64,000 bases of DNA from Planctomycetota bacterium. Its GTDB lineage: Bacteria > Planctomycetota > UBA1135 > GCA-002686595. Shown here in pieces: positions 57,388-64,000 of the stretch. A model generated the notes under the pieces. That model had not been told where the DNA came from and searched no databases. It saw only the letters and a list, made by a program, of their open reading frames with translations. A program made the position numbers and the translations under genes. Every line of letters starts with the position of its first letter. The first letter of the stretch is position 1. The stretch spans positions 17,093 through 81,092 of the forward strand of contig JACKHV010000009.1 in the NCBI GenBank assembly GCA_020638835.1, written 5' to 3'.

Positions 57388-60300
57388 GTGGCGTTCGCGA
57401 CCGCGGATTGTCATTCTCGCGCCCCCACCAAGACGCCCGCCTTGAACGACCTGCAGCCGCCTTTCGAACGCCTCCGACCGCTCGGAGAAGGAGCCACCGG
57501 AGAAGTCTGTCTGGCGCGGGCGACCGCGTCGATCGGCTCGCTCGCGGCGGGTCGCGAGTTCGCGCTCAAGGAGCTCCACGAGCGGCTCGTCGGTGACCCG
57601 GGAGCGCGCGCCGCCTTCGCCCGTGAGGCGCAGGCGGGCAGCTCGGTCGACGACGAAGGTCTGGTGCGCGTCTACGCCACCGGCGAGTCGGACGGCCGCC
57701 CGTGGATCGCGCTGCAGTTCGTTCCCGGCATCGACCTGCGCCGCGTGCTCGACGAACGCGGTGCGCTCCCCGAGCCGCACTTGCGTCGCGCGGCGCAACG
57801 CCTCGCCTCCGCGCTCGCCGCACTGCACGCCGCCGGCTGGGTGCACGGCGACCTCAAGCCCGAGAACCTGCGCATGGACGACGAGGGCCGCGTGGTCCTG
57901 ATCGACCTCGGCTTCGCGCGGCGCCCCGGGGACAAGGAGACGAAGCACCTCCGCGCGGGCAGCCCGGCCTACCTCTCGCCGGAACAGGACGCCGGCGACG
58001 AGGGCGACCAGCGCAGCGAGGTCCACACGCTCGGCCAGGTGCTCTACGAGCTCGCCGTCGGGCGTCATCCTTTCGCGGACGAGCACGGGAAGGTCGACGC
58101 CGAGCTGGCGCGGCGACGCAAGCGCGGCGACCAGGCCTTGGCCTCGCACCACTACCCGGGACTCTCGCCCTTCCTCGACCTCTTGCTCGCGGAGATGCTC
58201 GACGTCGACCCGGCGCACCGGCCGTCGGCGGCACAGGTCGCCGAGCGCTTCGCGGACCGCGAGACGAGCTCTTGGTGGCGATCCCAGCTGGCGGGCCGTC
58301 GGCGCACGCGACTCGGCGGCGGTCGGCGCCACTTGATCCCGCTGGTCGGACGGCGCCAGGAACTCGAGGCGCTGACGGAGACCTGGGCGCGCGTCGCGGA
58401 GAGCGGTCGCGCCGAAGTCGTGCACCTGATCGGACCGAGCGGCAGCGGCAAGAGCCGCCTCGTCAGCGAGCTGGCCGAGGTCGCGCGTCGCTCCGAGCGC
58501 CCCCCGATGGTGTTGTACGGACGCGCGCACGAGGAAGAAGAGCGCCGTCCGTGCGAACCGATCCTCGGCTGGTTGCGGCGCGCGCTGTTGCTGCCCACTG
58601 GCGCTCCGCCCGGCCCGCGGGAAGAAATGGAGCTGCGCATGCTCGTCCCGCCCGCGGAGACGATCGCGCTGCTCGAGGCGCTCGACCCGACGAGCGAGTC
58701 GCGCACGCCCGCCGCAGTCCCCGTGGCGCTCGCCGCGTGGCTCGGCGCGCTGTCGCGCGAGCGTCCGTTGCTGCTCTTCTTCGACGACCTCGGCTGGGCC
58801 GACGAGGGCAGCCTGGAAGTGCTGGCGCGCGCCGCGCAGGCGCTGGAAGGCAGTCCGTCGCTGCTGCTGCTCGGGGAGCGCAGCGGACAACGCTCGCGAC
58901 GACCGGCGGCGCGCGCGCGCTTGAACGAGGCGCTCTCCAGCCTGCGCATGCGACGCCTCGAGCTCGCGCCGCTCGACGAGCGCGCGGTCGAGGAGCTCGT
59001 CGTCGAGATGTTCCACCACTCCACGCCGCGGCTGCGCCTCGCTCAGGTCCTGTGGGAGCGCTCGCGCGGCAACCCGGGCCTGCTCAACGAGATCCTGCGC
59101 GGCCTCGTGCGCCTCGGCGAAGCGCGACAGCACCCGGACGAGTCCGGCCTGGTGCTGACGATCGCGCCCGACAGCCTGCCACTGCCCAAGTCGGTCGGCA
59201 CGGCGATCCAGGAAGCCTTCCGCCAACTCGCGCCCGCCGACCAGCGCTGGCTCGCGCGCATGGCGGTCGCCGGCGGTCGCATCCGCGCCGACTTCTTGCT
59301 GCAAGCGTGGCCGCACAAGGACCCCCGTCGACTCGACGAGAGCCTCGCGCGCCTCTCCTACAGCGGCTGGCTGACGCCGGCGGGCGACCGCTTCCGCTTC
59401 GCGCGCCCCGCGCAGCGCGAAGCCGTGCTCGGCGGCATCCCCGAAGAACGGCGGCGTGCGCTGCACGCGGACGTCGCACGCGCGCTCGCGCCAGGCGACG
59501 ACGGACGCCTCTCGCTCGACGACGCGTTCCAGCGTGCATACCACCTGCGCGCCGCGAAGCGCCCGGCCGAGCTGCTCGAACTGTTGCGGCCGCTCCTGAT
59601 GCGCGCGCTCGAGCGCGGTCAGCCGCAGCGCGTGCACAGCTTGACCAAGTGGGGACTCGAGGCGATCGACTCGCTCCCCCACGACGCCGAACACCAGCGG
59701 CAGCTGATCGGCCTGCTCGAGGCCGCGACCGACGCGGCCGACCGCTTGGGCCGCCGGCAGGAACAGCGCGAGTTCCTCGACCGCCTGACGGACCTCGACT
59801 TCGACCCGCTCAACGATCCGCAGTCGGCGGCGCGCGTCTACCACCTGCACGCGCGCTACGCGCTGTCGATCGGTCAGTACGGCGCTGCGCGCGGCATGCT
59901 GCGCAACGCGGCGGAGCTCTTCGAGCGCGCCGAGGAACCCGAGCTGCTGGGTCGCGTGCTGCGGCGCCTCGCGGCGATCCAGGCGCACGTCGGTCAGCTC
60001 GACGAAGCGCGCAAGCTGGTGCGCAAGGCGCGCGAGCTCGCGCAGTCGCCGCTCGACCTCGCGATGGCGGAACTCACGCTCGGCGTCGTGGAGCTGCTCG
60101 GAGACGAGCTCGAGAACGCGTTGCGCCGCGGCGACCGCGCGCTGCGCTTGTTGCGCACCGTCGACGACTTCGCGGCGCAGGCCGCGCGCGCTCAGGCGCA
60201 CGTGCTGCGCGCGCGCGTGTACCGCTGCGTCGGCCGGCCACGCCGCGGACTGGCTTCGGCGCAGCGTGCACTGCGCGCGGCGCGCACCGCGGGCGAACGA

Positions 60301-60894
60301 CGCTTGGAGGCCGAAGCCGGCGCGCGCCTCGGCGGTCAGCTGCTCGAAGTGGACCGCTCGGCCGAAGCGGAAGAACGACTGCGCGAGTCGCTGCGCCTCG
60401 CCACCGAGATCGAGGACCAGCGCGGACAAGCGGTCGCGTCGCTGTTCCTCGGCATCCTGCTCGCCGAAGACGGCGACAGCGAAGCGGCGGCGATGCTGCA
60501 ACGCGCCTGCGACCGCGCGCTCGCGCTCGGGCTGAACCGGCTCGAGGCGGTCGGCCTGTCCATCGAGGCGCGCATGTTGATGGCGCGCGGCGAACTCGAG
60601 CGCGGCATCGCGTGCTCGGAACGCGCGATGGACCTCTTGGAGCGTCACGGTGCGGAGTGGATGGACCGCACGGTGATCGTCGGAACACGCGCGGTCCTGC
60701 TCGAAGCGTCGGGTGACGAAGACGAAGCCGAGGAGCTCGTCCTGCGTCTCGAGCGACGACTGCGCAAGCTGAACGACGGGCTCACGTCCCCCCTGCTGCG
60801 CCGGCGGCAGCGCCTGCTGTCGCGCCGGCTGCTCGAGGCGGTGCTCTCGCACGAGGGCCCCGTCTACCCGCGCGTCGAGTTGATCGGCGACTGA
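57388..60894 (+). CDS. Ser/Thr protein kinase fused to AAA (STAND-type) NTPase and TPR-like repeats
   Basis: Kinase: LGEGATGEV, FALKEL, HGDLKPENL, DLGFA, SPAYLSPEQ. NTPase: LVGRRQELEALTETW...VVHLIGPSGSGKSRL...LLLFFDDLGWAD. C-terminal helical or TPR repeats. The GTG start is uncertain. Confidence 0.85.
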   Translation: MAFATADCHSRAPTKTPALNDLQPPFERLRPLGEGATGEVCLARATASIGSLAAGREFALKELHERLVGDPGARAAFAREAQAGSSVDDEGLVRVYATGESDGRPWIALQFVPGIDLRRVLDERGALPEPHLRRAAQRLASALAALHAAGWVHGDLKPENLRMDDEGRVVLIDLGFARRPGDKETKHLRAGSPAYLSPEQDAGDEGDQRSEVHTLGQVLYELAVGRHPFADEHGKVDAELARRRKRGDQALASHHYPGLSPFLDLLLAEMLDVDPAHRPSAAQVAERFADRETSSWWRSQLAGRRRTRLGGGRRHLIPLVGRRQELEALTETWARVAESGRAEVVHLIGPSGSGKSRLVSELAEVARRSERPPMVLYGRAHEEEERRPCEPILGWLRRALLLPTGAPPGPREEMELRMLVPPAETIALLEALDPTSESRTPAAVPVALAAWLGALSRERPLLLFFDDLGWADEGSLEVLARAAQALEGSPSLLLLGERSGQRSRRPAARARLNEALSSLRMRRLELAPLDERAVEELVVEMFHHSTPRLRLAQVLWERSRGNPGLLNEILRGLVRLGEARQHPDESGLVLTIAPDSLPLPKSVGTAIQEAFRQLAPADQRWLARMAVAGGRIRADFLLQAWPHKDPRRLDESLARLSYSGWLTPAGDRFRFARPAQREAVLGGIPEERRRALHADVARALAPGDDGRLSLDDAFQRAYHLRAAKRPAELLELLRPLLMRALERGQPQRVHSLTKWGLEAIDSLPHDAEHQRQLIGLLEAATDAADRLGRRQEQREFLDRLTDLDFDPLNDPQSAARVYHLHARYALSIGQYGAARGMLRNAAELFERAEEPELLGRVLRRLAAIQAHVGQLDEARKLVRKARELAQSPLDLAMAELTLGVVELLGDELENALRRGDRALRLLRTVDDFAAQAARAQAHVLRARVYRCVGRPRRGLASAQRALRAARTAGERRLEAEAGARLGGQLLEVDRSAEAEERLRESLRLATEIEDQRGQAVASLFLGILLAEDGDSEAAAMLQRACDRALALGLNRLEAVGLSIEARMLMARGELERGIACSERAMDLLERHGAEWMDRTVIVGTRAVLLEASGDEDEAEELVLRLERRLRKLNDGLTSPLLRRRQRLLSRRLLEAVLSHEGPVYPRVELIGD

Positions 60895-60940
60895 GCCGCG
60901 TCCTCGCGGAGGCTCCCAGGCGGCCGTCCGACCCAGGAAG

Positions 60941-60997
60941 TTGAGATCGAATCTCGATCAGCCCTTGCGATTGAGATCCGTTCTCAATATCATCTCA
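60941..60997 (+). promoter_or_regulatory. AT-rich promoter/operator region upstream of apbE: sigma-70-like -35/-10 with palindromic operator and TGAGAT hexamer array
   Basis: -35 TTGCGA (60965-70), 17-nt spacer, -10 TATCAT (60988-93). The 7-5-7 palindrome ATTGAGA-TCCGT-TCTCAAT (60970-88) fills the spacer. A second palindrome GAGAT-CGA-ATCTC lies at 60943-55. TGAGAT/ATCTCA-type hexamers occur 5 times. TTGAGATC is repeated 30 bp apart. Confidence 0.45.
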
Positions 60998-61027
60998 GCC
61001 CGCCGGACACGCCTTCCCGGCCCCGAG

Positions 61028-62191
61028 ATGCCCTCCGACCCTCGCACATCCCTGCTCCGCGCGACGCACCGCCTCGCCCTGCTGCTGCCCTTCCTCGCCC
61101 TCTCGGCCTTCACTCTGTGGACGGCGCTGGGGTCCACGCGCGAGGGTCCGCGCGGCGCGCGGGCGGCGGAACCCGGCGGCTGGGAGCGCGTCGAGCGGCA
61201 CGTCGCCGTGATGGGCACCTGGCTGCGCATCTCGCTGGAGGCGCCGACGCGCGCCGAGGGGCTCGCTGCCTGCGAGCGCGCTCTGCGCGCGATCGAGGAG
61301 GCGGAGTCGCGGCTCTCGACGTGGCGCGACGACAGCGAACTCGCGCGACTGAACGCCGCGCCGGTCGACGAGCCGGTCGAGCTCTCTCCCCTCCTCCGCA
61401 CGGAGCTCGAGCGGGCGCGCGCGTGGAGTCGCGAGACCTCCGGCGCCTTCGAGCCCGCGCTCGCACCCTTGGTCGCGGCCTGGTCGCTGCGCACGGGCGG
61501 CGACCAGCCATCGGCCACCGAGTTCGAGTCCGCGCGCGACGCGTGCGGGTTGCGATGCTGGGCGTTCGAGCCTTCCGTCGTGCGTCGTCTGCACGAGCGC
61601 GCCGGCTTCGAGGAGGGCGCCTTCGGCAAGGGCGCGAGCCTCGACGCGGCGCTCGCCGCACTCGACGAACTGAGCTGGCGCGCGCTCTCGATCGACCTCG
61701 GCGGCCAGCTGCTCGAAGCGCGACACGCGGGCCCGGTGCGGCGCCTCGTCGCGCACCCCGACGACCGCGCGATGCCGGTGCTCGCGCTCCGCGTCCCGGA
61801 CGGCTCGCTCGCGACGAGCGGCGACAGCGAGCGCGGCGTGTTCGTCGACGGCGAAGCCCGCTCACACGTGCTCGACCCGCGCACGGCCTCGCCGGCGCCG
61901 CGGCGCGGCAGCGTCACCGTCTGGGCTCGCACGGCCCTCGCCGCCGACTGCCTCTCCACAGCTTGCTACGTGCTGGGGCCGGACGCCGCGCTGGCGTTCG
62001 CCGAAGCGCACGCGGGCGTCGAGCTGGTCTGGCTGCAGGACGGACCGCGCGGGCTCGTCGCGCGCTGTTCCTCCGGCTTGGCCGAACACTGCGAAGCGCT
62101 GCCCTCGAGCGCCGCACCCGAGATCCACGTCTCGACGCATCGAGACACTTCCCCCCTCCCCCCGAAGTCGGAGCCGATCGCTCCGCGCTAG
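61028..62191 (+). CDS. apbE: FAD:protein FMN transferase (ApbE family), membrane-anchored
   Basis: ATG 61028. TM LALLLPFLALSAFTLWTAL. VMGTWLRISL...AIEEAESRLSTWRDDSELARLN...SGAFEPALAPLVAAW...ATSGDSERG are ApbE family motifs. Confidence 0.85.
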   Translation: MPSDPRTSLLRATHRLALLLPFLALSAFTLWTALGSTREGPRGARAAEPGGWERVERHVAVMGTWLRISLEAPTRAEGLAACERALRAIEEAESRLSTWRDDSELARLNAAPVDEPVELSPLLRTELERARAWSRETSGAFEPALAPLVAAWSLRTGGDQPSATEFESARDACGLRCWAFEPSVVRRLHERAGFEEGAFGKGASLDAALAALDELSWRALSIDLGGQLLEARHAGPVRRLVAHPDDRAMPVLALRVPDGSLATSGDSERGVFVDGEARSHVLDPRTASPAPRRGSVTVWARTALAADCLSTACYVLGPDAALAFAEAHAGVELVWLQDGPRGLVARCSSGLAEHCEALPSSAAPEIHVSTHRDTSPLPPKSEPIAPR

Positions 62192-62193
62192 AC

Positions 62194-63462
62194 ATGCACC
62201 GATCCCACGAACCGCTCCTCGCGGCGCTCGCGCTGCTCGCGAGCACCGGTCCCGCCGTCGCGCAAGGCAGCGACGCTCCTACCATCGAAGACCGCCTCGA
62301 CCGCCTCGAGCAGGAGAACGCGCAGCTGCGCGAGCGCCTCGACATCGTCTCCGGCGAGGTCGAGCGCACGGAGCTCCGTGATCTATTCCCCGAGATCGGC
62401 GATGCCCGGAACGGTCTGGGGCCGGCGGCCTCCAAGGTCTACGGACAGGATCGCGGCCTCTCGATCGGCGGCTACGGCGAAGGCACGTTCACGAGCGAGA
62501 GCGGCGCGAAGGATTCGACCGCCGATCTCCTGCGCGGCATCATCTACACGGGGTACAAGTTCGACGATCGTTGGCTGTTCAACTCCGAGCTCGAGGTCGA
62601 ACACGCTTCGACGGAGGACGCGGGCGCCGTGAGCCTCGAGTTCGCCTACCTCGACTACATGTCGCGCGAGAGCTTGAACGCGCGCTTCGGCCTGGTGCTC
62701 GTGCCGATGGGATTCATCAACGAGATGCACGAGCCGACGACCTTCTTGTCGGTGAATCGCCCGGAGACCGAGCGACGCATCATTCCCTCCACCTGGCGCG
62801 AGAATGGCGTCGGCGTCTACGGCGACGCGGGCGGCTTCAGCTACCGCGGCTACGTGATCAACGGATTCGACGCCGACGGCTTCTCGGCGGAAGGCCTGCG
62901 CGACGGTCGACAGGACGGCAGCAAGGCGAAGGCCAACGACCTGGCCGTCACGGCTCGGCTCGACTGGACCGACACGCCCGGCGTGTTGGCGGGTGCTTCG
63001 GTGTACTTCGGAAACTCGGGCCAGGAGACCGCGGGCTTCGGCTCGGTCGGGACGAGCCTCGTCGACGTGCACTTCCAGTACGAGCACCGCGGCTGGTGGT
63101 TCCGCGCGCTCGCGGCCGCGGCAAAGTTGGACGACACCGCGCAGCTGAACGCCGCGAAGGGCCTCACGGGTACGTCGGTGATCGGCGACGAGATGCTCGG
63201 CTACTACGGCGAGCTGGGTTACGACCTGATGGCGGCCTTCAGCCCCGAGAGCGGCCGCGCACTCACGCCCTACGTGCGCTACGAGCGCGTCAACACGCAG
63301 GAGTCGGTCGCCGTCGGCATGGCCGACCCGACGAACGACGAGACGATCGTGTCCTTCGGCGTCGCCTTCCAGCCGATCGACGAGATCGTCTTCAAGACGT
63401 CCTTCGAGGACTTCGACAACGCGCCCGACCGATTCTCCCTCTCGCTGGGCTATGTCTTCTAG
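62194..63462 (+). CDS. Outer-membrane beta-barrel porin-like protein with N-terminal coiled coil
   Basis: Signal LLAALALLASTGPAVAQG. Coiled coil IEDRLDRLEQENAQLRERLD. Alternating beta-strand pattern ending in the aromatic terminus ...RFSLSLGYVF. Confidence 0.7.
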   Translation: MHRSHEPLLAALALLASTGPAVAQGSDAPTIEDRLDRLEQENAQLRERLDIVSGEVERTELRDLFPEIGDARNGLGPAASKVYGQDRGLSIGGYGEGTFTSESGAKDSTADLLRGIIYTGYKFDDRWLFNSELEVEHASTEDAGAVSLEFAYLDYMSRESLNARFGLVLVPMGFINEMHEPTTFLSVNRPETERRIIPSTWRENGVGVYGDAGGFSYRGYVINGFDADGFSAEGLRDGRQDGSKAKANDLAVTARLDWTDTPGVLAGASVYFGNSGQETAGFGSVGTSLVDVHFQYEHRGWWFRALAAAAKLDDTAQLNAAKGLTGTSVIGDEMLGYYGELGYDLMAAFSPESGRALTPYVRYERVNTQESVAVGMADPTNDETIVSFGVAFQPIDEIVFKTSFEDFDNAPDRFSLSLGYVF

Positions 63463-64000
63463 CTCGCGGCTACGGTGCACTCCGCTGATCGTCGCGCTCT
63501 GCGCGCTCGCCGCCCCCGGCGGTGTCGCGCGGAGCGCGTCGGTCCTCCCCGCGGCGACGATCACGACGGCGGTCGACGGGAAGGTCTTCCTGACCGTCGA
63601 GGAGGCCTTGGCCCTCGTCTTCGAGGGCTGCGAGGTCACGCGCAGTACGGAGTACTTCAACGACGAGCGCAAGCAGCGCGTCACCGACCTCGCCAAGCAC
63701 GAGTTCGAGCGCGGGATGCTGTACCCCTACCGCGCGACGAAGGACGGCGAGCTGGTCGGGACGGCATACGTCGACAAGCACCGGGTGCGCACGCTCGCCG
63801 AGAGCGTGATGTTCGTCGTCGGTCCGAACGGCCGCATCTCGCGCATCGAGCTGCTCTCCTTCGGCGAGCCGCCCGAGTACGTCCCGAACGAGCGCTGGTA
63901 CGCGCAGCTCGTCGGCAAGCCGCTCGACGACGCGTTCTTCCTCAAGAAGGACATCCGCAACGTGACGGGCGCGACCTTGACGGCCCGCGCGACGGTGGAG
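63452..64000 (+). CDS. Exported FMN-binding domain protein (ApbE substrate candidate); 3' end outside window
   Basis: My own translation from ATG 63452 (overlaps the porin stop by 11 nt): MSSSSRLRCTPLIVALCALAAPGGVA...HRVRTLAESVMFVVGPNGRISRIELLSFGEPPEYVPNERWYAQLVGKPLDD...DIRNVTGATLTARATVE. VTGATLT matches the (S/T)GAT(L/I/V)(S/T) flavinylation motif. The frame is open to the window end. Confidence 0.7.
   Translation, partial: MSSSSRLRCTPLIVALCALAAPGGVARSASVLPAATITTAVDGKVFLTVEEALALVFEGCEVTRSTEYFNDERKQRVTDLAKHEFERGMLYPYRATKDGELVGTAYVDKHRVRTLAESVMFVVGPNGRISRIELLSFGEPPEYVPNERWYAQLVGKPLDDAFFLKKDIRNVTGATLTARATVE

Noticed and set aside
55816-60852. 1678-aa minus-strand ORF, the longest in the track
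   Set aside because: Only its last 475 codons (55816-57240) are real and encode cysS, with an RBS and ATG at 57240. The upstream 1200 codons are Arg/Ala/Glu-rich, motif-free, and exactly antisense to the well-supported kinase-STAND gene. This is a typical high-GC shadow frame.

Overview
High-GC (about 70% by eye) bacterial chromosomal segment, densely coding on both strands. I call about 46 protein genes and found no rRNA, tRNA or CRISPR array. All calls rest on motif and architecture recognition in the supplied translations and on hand inspection of the DNA; no database search was run. Housekeeping anchors: eno (5' partial) plus an ftsB-like gene at the left end; a minus-strand string rlmI-thiS-thiG-CPBP protease-gamma-CA-larE-like-THUMP methyltransferase (40.3-46.0 kb); and nusA-infB-rbfA with convergent cysS (51.5-57.2 kb). 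The largest unit is a ~19.4-kb, 10-gene, translationally coupled MoxR / DUF58 / BatA-vWA cluster (6220-25592). It is extended by a 1517-aa PQQ-like propeller protein, two exported prenyltransferase-like alpha/alpha-toroid proteins and long coiled-coil or low-complexity exported proteins. From 25.8 to 40.3 kb lies an accessory-looking block of exported proteins: esterase, CRTAC1/ASPIC-thioredoxin fusion, two paralogous repeat proteins sharing a Cys-rich C-terminal module, SGNH-like hydrolase, sulfatase-fold protein, arylsulfotransferase-like propeller and an FG-GAP protein. Most notable observations: (1) a single in-frame TGA with a SECIS-like hairpin joins two ORFs into one CRTAC1-thioredoxin protein, making it a selenoprotein candidate or a fresh pseudogene; (2) two diverged Y1/HUH RAYT-like transposase genes share a conserved leader and a REP-like motif, and one is preceded by two tandem 233-bp giant-hairpin REPIN/MITE-like elements; (3) the expanded MoxR cluster; (4) an ApbE / porin / FMN-binding operon behind an AT-rich promoter whose spacer is filled by a 7-5-7 palindrome. 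Gene content resembles large-genome Planctomycetota- or Myxococcota-like heterotrophs, but lineage cannot be assigned from this window. Many very long ORFs in the six-frame track are high-GC shadow frames and were rejected.
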